From Marsupella aquatica (lineage: Eukaryota > Plantae > Marchantiophyta): 64,000 bases of DNA. Location: NCBI GenBank assembly GCA_973895155.1, contig OZ316892.1:22855168-22919167 (forward strand), in the 5' to 3' direction. Shown here piece by piece: positions 38,336-51,529 of this stretch. Every line of letters begins with the position of its first letter. Within the stretch, counting starts at the first letter, position 1. Below the pieces are notes generated by a model. It was not told where the DNA came from, searched no databases, and worked only from the letters and a program-made list of their open reading frames with translations. A program made the position numbers and the translations under genes.

Positions 38336-41300
38336 TTATTAGATCTATATGTGAAAGAGATTATACACTACTTGACTCTTTACTTGGTTTGGTTCGTTGT
38401 TGGGTTTTGGGTTTTCAAGATTTCAGTTCATGGTTGTCAGATACTGATGTCTGCTGTTTAGGAAAATTACCCTATCAGGGTTTCTATTGGCCATGATCAC
38501 AGCCACAATAGATACTTACAGTGAACTCAAACATGGATGTTGTCAAACTGGGTATTTTACACTTGGCTGAGTCACTTTTTCACTTGATGGCCTCATTGCA
38601 TGAAAATTTCTAAGGGAAATCATCACTCTGCTAACTGAGTTGCTGTTTCAACTCAAAAGTTAGAAGGTTTCATATGCCAATCACTGATGATTGGGAGCAA
38701 CTGATACCTCATTCCCGGAGTGTGTCAATGTCATATCATTTTGAATAGTCTCTAAGACAGTGAGAGTTTGTTTGATGTTAGGTGAAACCCCCTCATCAAT
38801 CCTATCTACTATCTTGGTGGCCAGAACCATATCTCACCAAATCTTCAAGACAAGAGTTCAATGTTCAAGACAACCAGAAAAACCCCAAATCCTCAAAGTT
38901 TCTTCTTATGGATGCTGATACAGTAGTCATAATTACTTTTTGCAAAATATAGTTTGTTTTTGTTTTTTGGTGCACAGTGTAAAACTGTAACATTATGGAA
39001 ACACTTGGCTGGACAGCTATGGCGGGAGCTATGGGGACAGATTCAGGACATGGGGAGTATTAAATTCCAGACACAACAGCGGGCACAACAGCCTAAAAAT
39101 CACAACAGCCTGAAAATCTTTCTAGGAGGGAAAATGCCATGGGAATCGGTGTTTTGTGTTGACATGGGAATGAACACATGTTTTGGCTAGGTTCCAGCGA
39201 AATGCTGGAAAAAGTAGACTAAGAAAACTTTTTGGCTCGAGAAATTAAAATGACCACCTGCTAAACTAAGTCTGGGAGCAACCTCTAGAATATATCTGTA
39301 TGCCATCAAAGATAGTGTCTCAACCGAATTACAAATACCGTAGCGGACAGCGGCCTGAGCGGGGGCCTGAGTAGCTCCCATGTGCTTGATTGAACATGTC
39401 CTAGAGTCCATCAATGTGCTAACTATCATTCCCTTAACTTCAAATACAATTTTGCTTCAGTCAACGACAACCTTATATATGAAACCCTGTCAAAGGTAAC
39501 TTTTCCAGCTTAAATTTAATAAAAAATAAGAATATACTAACAGTATCTCCACTCCTTCCTTGTTAGTGTACATAGATAAGATGCATCTACTGATTGATTC
39601 AACTTGCCTCTTAGTCTCACTTACAACAAATAGAGTTGCTCCTCCAAAATATTTAATTATTGACTATTAATTAGTTCTATGTATCACCTTGTAAAAGTCA
39701 CTATATCATGCTGCCAAAACTCAAAGGGTGCCTTAAAGGACCAATGCTGTCCAAAGAAGCTTGTGAGGACTTAAGAAAGAGGGAGAGCAATCAACATGTG
39801 ACACTTCATCTGCCAAGTCTAGAAGAAGAAGAGTAAGACAGTAAAAATTTTGAAAATTTTGAAAATTTTACTGGTTTCTCTTCATAAACAGGACTCCTTG
39901 GATTTTTGGCTTGTTGGTCTTGTTAGATTTTGTCTAGCTTCTTTAGACCACAGGTGTCTATTGCACTAAAGAGAGGTCAGACATTCACTATTCTTCATAG
40001 GGTCAATGTTGTTGGTTTTATGGCTTCTAGACAAATTCCACTTCAGGACCCTCCAATGCGGTTTACACCAGAGCTCTAGAAGGCTTTTCAATTTGTTGCT
40101 CAGTCGGGCTTTAGTTCAAAATTGATTAAGAGAGCCCAGAAAAGTAAAAATTAAATAGAAGGATGACATAAGGTTACATAAAATTTTAAAAATGATTAGA
40201 AATAAATTGGACACAGGGATATGAGGAACTTGTGATTCTATGAGGAGGGTGTACTTTCAACCTAGGGCCAGCTGCAGGCCAGAGGAAAGGATCCAAGAAG
40301 GACAGGCGTCAGCAGCTGATAGGCATGGCCGGGGACTCACATGCAGGCTTGCATGGGAATACTTGCCGCCGGAGTGTCCCGGTATTTTCCTGGTAACTGC
40401 ACATCAAAATGCGACAGCCTACAATGTACTTGGTGATGTAGAAGGAACAATTGGGTTTATCATGCTGCATGGTGTGGAAAATCCATCCAATGTGTGGGCA
40501 CATGCCACATGGCATAATACACCTTATGCTGTTGCTTTTTGATGTGCAATTACAAGAAAGGCATGCCAACCGGGGAGGGGCGGAAGGGAGTACGTACCAT
40601 AGTAGGTACAAGTCACAGTTAGTTCATTGTTGTCCTCCGGTACAAGTCACAACTACCAACCCTGCAAGGTAGGGATGGCAGACACACATATAATGAGCTA
40701 CAGTACAAATCCGAGCTGCATGACTGGGCAATGGGTAAGAGGGGTCTTGGCAAGGGCCAAGGCAGGGACATATGGGTCCTCTATTGCTAGGACCTTTCCC
40801 ATGGTCCTCACTTATTTCTTATTTTATTCCTACCCATCACACATGAACTTCCAATATTTTGAGAACTAAAGATGTTAGGGTTTTTCTAACCCAAATTTGA
40901 GCATTGAAGATGATAGGTGTTTTAGAACAATTTTATAATCGTTTTGAAAGGATAGGGGTAAAAGATAGTTAAAAATTATATTTCCTAGGGCATTTATTAC
41001 CCAAAAAGGTTATAGGTGACATGGGGATCCCCTCCTTCAAGTGAGACCCCAAGAAACTTATCATGTATGTTTAAGTAATCAGGAGGGACAGTAGTGCAAT
41101 GCACTAGCTTTGTATTTGAAGGAAATAGCAAGTACACCCTTTCTTGTAATCTTTTGTATATTCTACACTGTTAGAACTTGTATGGTCAAATATAGATAGT
41201 CTCCTTGTGGCAAATTAAATGCCAGACACTATGTGTTGATGAACTCTGTTGTCCTCTTCTTTGGGGCATGGATGATTCACTGACTTAAAATTGGAAACTG

Positions 41301-41732
41301 CATATATACACTCACAAGAGGTGATGCGCTTTGTTTTGTCTTCCATTATTAGTCAATTTGAAATAAAGGCTTCTGATTCAAGAAATTCAAAGAAGTGGCT
41401 GCTGCATTGTATTCTGACTGCTAGTTTTTATGTTCCATAATATGGATTTTTCCAAGTTAAAGAGCAAAACTGAAGCTGCTAAAAATGCATGGTCAGCTCA
41501 GAATCTCTGCTGCGCAGGGTGATGAAGCTCTGCCTCCCTGATGTGTTTTGCACTTGCAATAACGCTCTGAAAATTGATTGAAAAAGAATATAATAAGATA
41601 TGATATATCTTGGTGATTAAAAGAATTTAAATCACAACTCGATCCCTATATAAGAGCTACTAAAAGAATTTAAAACACAACTCCCTGTATAAGAGCTACG
41701 GGTAACTCTCATTATCCAGTGCATATCATTTA

Positions 41733-42012
41733 GTTTCACCAGTAATGGACTTGGGTTCCACTTTTTATGGTCACTACATTGTTCACCAGGGGACAACTTG
41801 CATTATACAGTGCACATTGTTAAGTCTGGGAATAGACTTGGGTTCCACTTTTTATGGTTAGTACACTTTCACTAGGAATGAACTTGGACTCCACTTTTTA
41901 TGGTTAGTACACTTTCACTATGAATGGACTTGGGCTCCACTTTTTATGGTTAACTGTACAGTTTCACTAGGAATGGACTTAGACTCCACTTTTTAAGGTT
42001 AGTATACTGTTC
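41733..42012 (+). repeat. ~46-50-bp minisatellite, ~5 copies
   Basis: Unit ttcactaggaatggacttgggttccactttttatggttagtacact. Confidence 0.85.
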
Positions 42013-44540
42013 ACGCGACAGGAATTCAGCCAGCAGAGAATGGGGCCCTTAAATATGGGCAGGGGTGCCCTTTTATATGGCCGGGTATGTTCTATATGGG
42101 CAGGTGTTGTTTAACATATGATCCTAGTGACCAAAAGCCACTCATGGTTTGTATGTGATCTTTGAACGTGAATAGAGGTGAGGATAAAATAGTGTTGTAC
42201 CCTCAATGACAGCAGCTGACCAAAGATCTGGCGGTTTCACTGTTTCACGATAGCCCTCGACCCTTGATCGTGACAGCAGCTGACCAAAGATCTGGCCATT
42301 TCACTGTTTCACCGTAGCCCTCGGCCCTCGATGACAGCAGCTGAGCTCTTTTCAGGCAGCCTCCCTAATCCATCGACTCTTCACATGCGGCTCCTACTCC
42401 ACCGACTCTCTTCACAGGCGGCCCTCTTCTGAAATGTGGTGCACTACTCCCCCGACTACTCCTGGCACTACTCCGCCTCCATTCCCATTTTCACCCTCAC
42501 TCTTGATACAATTATTCCCCCCTAAGTCACTGTCTACAGGCTTCAGTCTAGACTGAGGCCTTCAAAGTCACTTTGCATTGCAATTTAATAATAAATTTCT
42601 CATTTTTTGAATATTATAGAAATGATGATAAAACTTATTGTACATGATCATCATTTTGTCATACATAGCATCCATGGTCTTTTAATCCTCAAACAATTTG
42701 GAGGGACCCTACATCATTTTGACATATATAATATCCATGGTTCTATCCATCCACATACATTTGGTGGGGCCCTAGAGTCACGGTCTAGAGGCTTCACTCT
42801 AGAAGCCTAGACCCAACTCTAGCTTAGGCTTCACTGTAGAAGCATAGACCCAACTGTAGCTTGTGACTCCATTTATAAGTAAGATGTAGTTATTTTAGTT
42901 GTTTCCAGCTAAATAAATTTGGTGGCATGGTCTTTGATGCATTGTGTCTACCCTACCATGATGACACTGTTGCCACAACTGATAAAAAAACAATTGGCTG
43001 AAGCTACATGGCCTGATAACACCCCTCTCGTTGGTCACTTGAAATTTAAGCTACGATTTTCCAATTGTCAACATCTCGGCGCAGCACAATCTGTTATGGA
43101 GGAAAGATTTTTAAACCACACCTGCCATACAAGCCACATCCCTCCCTCACTACTCCTCATTCCTGTCCTGTGGTGAAGAGTGTTCCACCATAAAAGGTGG
43201 GCATTCACCACCTTTGTGGAGCTCAGGCCCACTCCTGAACTTATGCACTTTATAATGCGAGCTACAAGTAACCTGTCGCTCTTTATAGGTGCAGTTGTTT
43301 AACAGAAAGCAAAATTACGAGAGGAGCAAAGGTCCATAGTTGCTACTATGAGACATTCATCTAATTTTCATTTCTTACATCCTGTACAAGACACTGTCTT
43401 CAGTCCCTGCCGGTAATCACACATCAAAATGTGGTTGCATTCATTGATTGAAAGAAAATAAAGAGGTTTATCATGGTATGCAGGGATGTCATACACCGCA
43501 TATATCATATTTTGATGTGCAGTTGCATCACAATAGGCTGAAGCATTTATAAGCCTGTACCCGGTGAGATCCGAGCTTAGCAAACATAACTCCAAAGGAA
43601 GAGAGACCTATGAGACTATTGATTCAACATTTGACTTCAGCAGTACGTACTTGTAGAGATTTGAGAGCAATTGACGGGTGACTGTTTTCGCTCCAGGAAC
43701 ACTCTCCCGTTGTCTTCCATTCTGGGTAGTATCAGCCTCCGGACTTAGAAGCTAAAGAGCATACCAGCAAAGCCATTCCAGAAGTTCTTCAATTCGTGAT
43801 TACTCATTCATGTCCAAGAATTGGTGAGATTAGTGAATGTCAAATGTCGGCCCTCACATACACTCGTTGTCAACTTGGCCTATCGCAAAGACGTTCGTTT
43901 GATTTAGTTCTAAGTTTCTAATGGACCCCAGAGCATGGAAACTAGGCACCAATTCATTGTTTCCCCCTGGATTTCACGAAGTTCTTTTCCCTTAGTGAGA
44001 TGGGTAGCTCACTAAAACTTGGGTTTAATTGTGTGGACCTTATTTGTACGCAAAGCTGTTCAAGTCAGCCAGTGTTGATTTGGACTGGGTATTTCACTGC
44101 AAATACTTTTTCCATGTTCGGGAACCATAAGCAGCTGCGATATTTATCACTGCATAGATTAAGAATCGAACATTTTCCGGAGTTCGTCACCATTGCTGTC
44201 TTCATATATCTGCAAGAGCTGCTCTTTTGACTATGCCTTCGTAACTTATGAGGACAAGAAGAGACTCATCACAGAGAAAGGAAAGGTGTACAACGACCAC
44301 ACGAATCGTTCAGTAGGCACATGGCATTTTTCTTTCCAAAACAGCTAGAGACGTGCAGAGTAGATATCCATCCAAGCCGATTATTCAGACCTACCAAATT
44401 CTAGTCCTAAGACTTGACATAGTTATTACTGCTAAGAGTCAGAAATGCTATATCACAGGGAGAACGGCAACCTTCATCTATCGGCCAAGAACTATCGCAT
44501 ATAACAGATACCCCTCAATCCATGAAAGTGAGGATTTCAC

Positions 44541-47500
44541 TCACGAAAGAGCATCTTGGGCCTCGGTGATCATAGCCATGAAGTTTCTAGCAGCTTTCTC
44601 GCCAGGATCGCTTTCTGAATCTACTCTTTGAATGCTTCGCACATCTAGGATGTTAGAGCCCTTACCTCCATCACTTATATTAGAAGTTAAGTCTGTGGGG
44701 GTACGCATGTCTGCTACTAGCGCTGCCGCTCTGTCTTGAAGACTGCTCATGTCTGGCATGTTCGAGCCCTCACTGGCACTGTCGGAATTAGGAGTTAAGG
44801 CTGGAGGGAAACGCAGGTCTGCTACCAGCTCTGCAGCTCTCTCGTGCACTGATCCAGCGACCTCTACCGGTATGCTCTCTGTTGCATCATCGGCACCATC
44901 ACCAGCATTATTTGTTGGCGTTTGGATGCTTTCATGCAGTTCTCTTAGTGTGTCTCCCCCCGTCTCTGTGGCTTTTCTAACAGCTCCACTGACAGATTCA
45001 CTTACATCCTGAGCTCGTTCTGTCACCGACGCACCTAGTTCTGAACTCTGTTCACTAGATCTATCTAACCACTCCCTCATCTGCTCAGTAGTTCCCTCTG
45101 AATTTTTGTTAACGGAATCAATTGCAGATCTGGCCCCATTCTTCGTGGCCTCAACAGCCTCTCCAGACTTTTTGTTCCCTAAACCGGTGACAGATTTTGC
45201 CCAGTTTGTCACGTTTCCTGCTTTTTGCTTGATGGAGCCCATCAGGGAACGAGGACTGTGAGATTCAGTTTCCGAGCGATCTTGATCAGATGCAGAGACC
45301 TCTGTTCGTGCTTCCGATGACGGTGCCTTAAGGTGCTCTGCTGTTTCTTTGGCAGATTCAATTCCCTCTGCTGATGTGGCTTTAGCTGATTCTTTCATGT
45401 CTTCCACTGTCTTAGAAGCTTTTGCAGTTTCTCCTTGTGCTGCCTCCTTCAAATTCTTAGCCTTGTCTTTCACGGAGTCAATTGCTCCATTCGCATTCTC
45501 TGATATATTTGCTCTTGATTTTGATTCTGCATCATTCCTATCATCATCAAGAGTAGCCTTACCTGCTGGTGTTTCCAATGAATCAGTCACATGCTTCACC
45601 TTTTCTTGAGTCAGTGCGATAAACTCCTTTGACGTTGCGTTAACAGATTCCATTCCCTCTCCTAGTTTTGCTTTAGCCGATTCTGCAGTGTCTTGGACTG
45701 TTCTCGATGCGTTTGCTGCTTCTCTTTGGGCTGCCTCGGTCAAGTTTCTGCCCTGATCTTTCACTGAATCAACTACTCTATATGTTGTATTTGCCCGTGA
45801 TTTCGAGACTGAATCATCGTCACGAGCAGCCTCAGCTGCTGGCACTTCCGACGACTCAGTAGCATGCTCCAACTTTTCCTCAGTTGGTCCCACGAACTCC
45901 GCTGCTGTTTCTCTAGCAGATTTGATTCCGTCCGCTGATGTGGCCTTAGCTGTTTCAGTGACGTCCTGGACCGTTTCAGATGCGCGCCTTGATTTTTCTT
46001 GGGCTGACTCTTTAACATTGCTAGCCTTGTCTTTCACTGAATCAACTGCTCGATTTGCATTCTCTGATATTTTTCGTTTCGATTTTGAGACTGCGTCATC
46101 ACTATGATCTTCAAGAGATGCCTCACTAACCTTCCCAAAATTTTCTTTAGCTGCCTTTGTAGCTTTTTCTGCTGCTTCCCTCGCTGAACTGGAAGAATTG
46201 CTTGCCTGAGTTGTAGGTGATTCATCAGCAGAAAGCTTGTTGCCCGAGTCTACCGCAGGGTTCTCCAATGTCCAATTTGGGTCCCGGGTCAGTGTCTCCA
46301 GAATGTCGTTGGCCAGCTCTAGAGCATAATCGGTCTTCCTCGCTTCCTTGTATTCAGAAGATTGCTCTGACCTTCCTTCAAGCGAATCCCGCTGTTCCCC
46401 TGCGGCCTCCTTTACATCTTGCACAGCTCCTCCAGAATTTCCTTCAACAACCTTACTAACATTCCCTGCTTTGTCCCTGACAGTTGCGGTTGCTTCTCCA
46501 GCTTTCGCCTTGGCAGTCTCAGTGACATCACCTGCTGTTTCCTTGGCTGACTCGGCCATCTCTTTTCCCTTCCCATGTGCTACCTCGGCAGCTGCTCCTA
46601 TTTGTTCTGGTACAGACTCCTTACCGTCTCCTTTACTCTCTTCAGTTTTTTCAGTATTATTTGTCCCGGTCGTTTCAAGGATAGAATCTTTAGCATCCTT
46701 CGCTGAGCCGGTTACAGTCCTAACTGTCTCGGCACCTGCTTCAGGGGCATTTTCAGCTACTTCCTTCATAGACTCAGACGCATCCCCTACTGTGTCCTTA
46801 GCTGAATCAACAGTTTCTCTCGCTTTGTCTTTGAGAGCTCCTGTAGTTTCCTTGGTAGAATCACTAGCTCTCTCAGCCATGTTCCCTACAGTTTCTTTGG
46901 ATTCATCTATTCCGCCTTGTAAGTTTTGCTCAATGGGCTGAGTTGCCTCCTTTATAGAGTCCTTTGCTGATCCAACCCTTTCTGCGTTGGATGTGGTAGC
47001 CTCTCCTAGACTCTGCTCGGATAAATCAAGTGCTCCTTTTGTCGACTGAGTTCTCTCCTCTGTTGCGTCTTTTACCTTTTGTGTGCCTAGCCCAGTGACG
47101 TCCTTAATCCACTCCATCACCCCACCAGCTTTCTCGTCTACGGCTTCGGTTGCACTTGCTGTTGATTCCTTGACCGAATCTTTTGTCTCCATTGCAGCAT
47201 TCCCCATAGATTCCTTTACTGATCCTAGCTCTCCTTTCGCTGATTCAGAAGCCTTCTGTGCTGCATCCTTTGTTGACGCAGCTGCTTCACTGCCCGTCTC
47301 TTTTACTGCGTTTTTCATCTCCTCTGCTCCTTCTGCAGTGGACTGTGTTGCTTGATCTGCTTTTCTCCCAGCAACTCCCAGAGATTCCTTTACCGATCCT
47401 AGCTGTTCTTTCGCTGATTCAGAAGCCTTCTTTGTCGCATCCTTTGTTGACGCAGCTGCTTCCTTGCCCGTCTCATTTGCTGAGTTTTTCATCTCCTCTG

Positions 47501-49419
47501 CTCCTTCTGCAGTGGACTGTGTTACTTGACCTGCTTTGCTCCCAGCAACTCCCAGAGATTCCTTCACTGATCCAAACTGTTCTTTCGCTGATTCAGACGC
47601 CTTCTTTGCTGCATCCTTTGTTGACGCTGCTGCTTCACTGCCAGTCTCTTTTGCTGAGTTTTTCATCTCCTCTGCTCCTTCTGCAGTGGACTGTGTTGCT
47701 TGATCTGCTTTGCTCCCAGCAACTCCAATGACGTTCTTCACCCATTGAGTCACTCCACCAGATTCTTCCTTCACATCTTTAGCAGAACCTACAGAATCCC
47801 GGACAGAATTGTAGGCCGAATCTGCCGATTCCCTGCCTTCTTGTACCGTCTCTTGGGCAACTTCGTTGACATCCTCAACGGTTTCCTTAGTAGAATCAGC
47901 GACAGATCCTACTGTGGCTTTAGATTGTTGAATACTATCGCCTGCCATTTGCTTGATTGACTCTGTTGCAGATCCCATTTTTTCTTGGACTTCATCTGCC
48001 TTTTCTGACGTGGCATCAGCGGCAAAGCCTAATCTCTCCTTCAGTCCTTCGACGGCGGTCCCTGCTGTTTCCATAGCGGATCCTACTCGAGATCCTATTT
48101 TCTCAAAACCATCCCCAACTGTATCTGGAATCCCTTCTACAGCTGCCTGTGTCTTGCCTGCAAACTTATCTGTAGCATCCTGGGCCATTTGCTTTTTGGA
48201 ACCAACGATGGATCCTATCGTGTCCTGAGCTTGCCCTACCGTTTTGTTAGTTGCATCCTTAGCATTCTGGACTGTCTCTCGGGTTAACTCAGCAGGATCC
48301 CCTGATAAGGCTGATGTGTTCTCGGTCAATTTTGTAGCAGGCTCTACACCCTCTTTCTCATTTCTTACAGTTTCTTTCATCGCTCCTCCGGTTTTCCCTT
48401 CCACCGTTCCCATGTCATTCTCGGCAGGTTGCTTGTTGGACTCAGTAGCAGCCTCGATTTTCTCCTTCACGGTGTCTAGAGCAGCTCCTGATTTTTCTTT
48501 TGCTGTAGCGGAAGCACTCTCGGCTGACTCACTGACGTAATCTGCTGTTTCTTGGATGGGCTTAGTTGCTTGTTTTGCTTTCTCAGTAATTTGCCCTACA
48601 TTTTCTTGACCTCTCTCCCTCAGATCTGGTGGTATCTTCTCTTGAACAGCTCGAGCGATATGGTGCAATTGATCGGTTGTCTTTGCATTATCTATTGCCT
48701 CCGAAATCTTCTCTGAAGTAGCCAAGCTGATCCCTTTCACTGCCTCGGCTGTATTTTCTGTTCGTTCCTTGCACGTATAGAATTTGCATAGTCAATGACC
48801 GTGTTTACACATCAACGACTGAACAATTCCCAGACATTATTGCTGACCGACAATGTACATATATCAATTAAGCTATGACCAGGCAGTTGCCTTCAAACAA
48901 ATCCTCCATCACAAACATGACCTTAAACCAATGAGAGGCTTGATATTCTTTGTGGACTCATCAAATTCAAAACTTGAGGAATCCTCCGTCACCTATAATG
49001 CCAGAGTGTCGCATCATCATCTAAACACTTAACAGGTGATAACAAACACGGAACAGAACGAGCATACTTCTCCCGTTCCTTGAAGGGGAGAGATGGTGTT
49101 ACTGAGATTGCCTTTGGAGACCAAGCAAAGACAAATGATAAATATGAAGAGACCAATTTCAGCTGTGCGAAGGCAGATTCAATTTCTCATACAGGAAGTC
49201 AAGTCAGCTTAAACAATCACTACGTGAATTGATCTTGCAATAAAAAATCATCACTGCCAAGTATAATCTAATATACAATACATAACGTCACAGGTTTCAA
49301 TTTTCAGCTCGGACGATGAAGTAATTGCAGACTAGTTCCTAAGCATTGTGCAAACTAATGAGCTTACCAGAATTTGCCGAAGACTCGTCCTCCTCGCGGA
49401 GTTGCTTGAGGCCTTCCAT
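44541..49419 (-). CDS. Very large LEA-like (group 3/LEA_4-like) hydrophilic repeat protein, ~1440 aa
   Basis: 4.2-kb ORF rich in A/E/K/S/T with repeated amphipathic motifs (AKET, VKDKA, DSVK). Phase-consistent upstream exons 49419-49368 and 49111-49068 splice to 48767-44541. The exact start is uncertain. Confidence 0.8.
47210..47727 (-). repeat. 174-bp (58-aa) coding tandem repeat, ~3 copies, inside the LEA-like gene
   Basis: gcaactcc anchors at 47371, 47545 and 47719. Peptide GVAGSKADQATQSTAEGAEEMKN... is repeated. Confidence 0.9.
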
Positions 49420-49854
49420 GCTCGCCAATATCTTGGAGTAAATCCCAAGGCCCCACTGCAGCATTTCCAAACCAAAATTTCAACAGAGTTTGGGTCGAAT
49501 TTCAAGAATTACAGAGGCGGGGAAAAGAAAAAACAAATTACAGAGGCGGAATCAGCCTCTTGCATGCTACTCTCTACGAAGTCCCCAGTTCTCATGGCCC
49601 CGATATGATTTTACGGAGACACCCAGTTTTACAACCGACTGCTGCCACAAACGCAAGCATACGATAGTCTAGAATGATTCTTACTCCATCTCCAATTTAT
49701 TGCAATTACATTTAGCCGATGAATGACAGTAACAAAACAGCTCCTATGAAAGACAGGCAAGCTAATTCTTACATGCAGCTTTCGTTGATGTACGACTTTC
49801 TCAGGCAGAACTGTCGACAGTAGCTTTTCGAATGTCTAATCGAGGTGAGCGACT

Positions 49855-50620
49855 ATGAAGCTTCCAGCAGCTCAGTCAAACAATTTCTTTTGGGTACCCA
49901 ACAAACCTCAACTCAAGTCAAGAATCCGCCTCTTGTCTCTTCTAACCTAATCGAATACCACAGCTGCCTAGCTGGCTTCTTAGATCTCTGCGAATGCTCT
50001 CCTTAGTACAGCAGCTAACCTAACAATTGTCCCTGAGATTTGCCGAAGGGAGTCCAAACCAGGGATTCAAAGCTTCAAAGCTGTGACAGCTCAGTCAAGC
50101 ATGCAATCTCGCTGTAAACCTCAACGTGCTCGAGTTCATTCACTTCAATTTCTTCAAACAAATCTCGATACAGGCCACTAAAGCCTCTGACCAGGGCTGA
50201 AGGTTGATCTCACGAGCTCACCCAACCCAACAGAACTGAGTCAAATCTTCAAGCTGCGACAGCTCAGTCCAACAACTTCGATAAGAATCCCCACTAGCTC
50301 GATGATCTACTTTAGTTCCCACAAACAACACGTCTCGATACAGCCCACTTGAGCATGCGACGATCTCTCGAGATTCTATGCACTACTGCACCTTCCCTAA
50401 CTGTAAAAACGCTGATCTCACCAGCTCATCAGATCCCAGCAGATTCAAAGCTCCATTCAATAACTTCGTTGTAAATCTCAACCAGCTTGTGTTGATCTAC
50501 TTTAATTCCTACAAACGACTACTCTGGATACAGCCCACTAGAGCATTCGAGGGACAGCTCGAGAGGACCAACGCTACGCCTTCCAATGTCGTGACTGCTG
50601 ATCTCACCAGCTCACCATTC
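49855..50620 (+). repeat. Degenerate ~190-bp tandem repeats upstream of the LEA-like gene
   Basis: Recurrent cagctcagtc, tctcgatacag..ccact and gctgatctcaccagctca motifs. Confidence 0.55.
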
Positions 50621-50925
50621 TAGCAGGAGCTTCAATTTTGGGCAGTCATGCAGGAATCATGACGAAGAAGTCGGCAATCAATCAGCTCTTCACACTTGGC
50701 ACAGACGTAGCTACCAGCAGCACGTGTCCAGATCGTCTGGAGAAGTAGAGTTTCCATTTTCACAAATTCGTGCTTGAAGAGTGTGCATGCATGCGTAGGG
50801 CTCGTTGGTTGAAGGCTGTGGCGCCTCGTAGCAATCCGTCACTGTAGTTCTGGATGTAGCATTCCTTTGCAAATAGGATTCTTTTGTCTTGAAATGAAAA
50901 GTAGACTCTCCCCCACCCCAATAGT

Positions 50926-51221
50926 AAGGGTGTCTCAAATGTTAAGAGATGCGGGCTTTTAGTGGGTCTGAGACTTTGACGTGGGGGACGCGGACTTAAA
51001 ATGTTTGGTACTCTGAGTTGGCGACCACATATTTTTGCCCACGCTTTGTCATGCAGGCAGGCTGACTCTCTAGGGCCCTCTCAAAGTTCACCACCCCCCC
51101 CCCCCCAACCCCCTTGGTTACACACGCCCAAAAACCATGTCCCGGCTATAGTTCCTGCCACATTTTTTTGCGGTCAGTATCCCGGACTACGAAAGAGAAG
51201 CACAAAGATTGAGATGCCCTG
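50926..51221. mobile_element. MITE-like insertion nested in the SINE
   Basis: Imperfect TIRs AGGGTGTCTCAA ... TTGAGATGCCCT flanked by duplicated TAG(T). Absent from the homologous SINE copy at 28 kb. Confidence 0.7.
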
Positions 51222-51236
51222 GTAGTGACATACATT

Positions 51237-51529
51237 AAATAGCAAGTGGTTTTTGTCAATTGGCCAGGGGATTAGCCTAGGGGCATGTGTGTTTGTGGGT
51301 GGGGTGTAATGGTGGGGTGTAATGGTGGGAGTACTGGTTTCTTTTCAGCCCTGGTTGGTTGCTTTGTATTCCTGGTTCAACCCTCTCTCCTTCCTCGTAC
51401 AATCCATATTGGATCCCTGGGTATTGTCTCCCCTTGTGGGCTACCCTACAGTTGTGCAGATTCCAAAGTAGAATGTATATCCTCTATTGGATGAGTTTAC
51501 TTTCGGCTTTAAGGGCAAAACCAAAAAAA
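51237..51529 (+). mobile_element. SINE family A copy (internally deleted head) nested in SINE B
   Basis: Reverse-complement homology to 1614-1961. A-rich tail. TSD gtga(c/t)atacatt at 51225-51236 and 51530-51541. Confidence 0.8.

Noticed and set aside
44749-48540. Several plus-strand ORFs up to 197 aa
   Set aside because: Antisense shadows of the LEA-like ORF.
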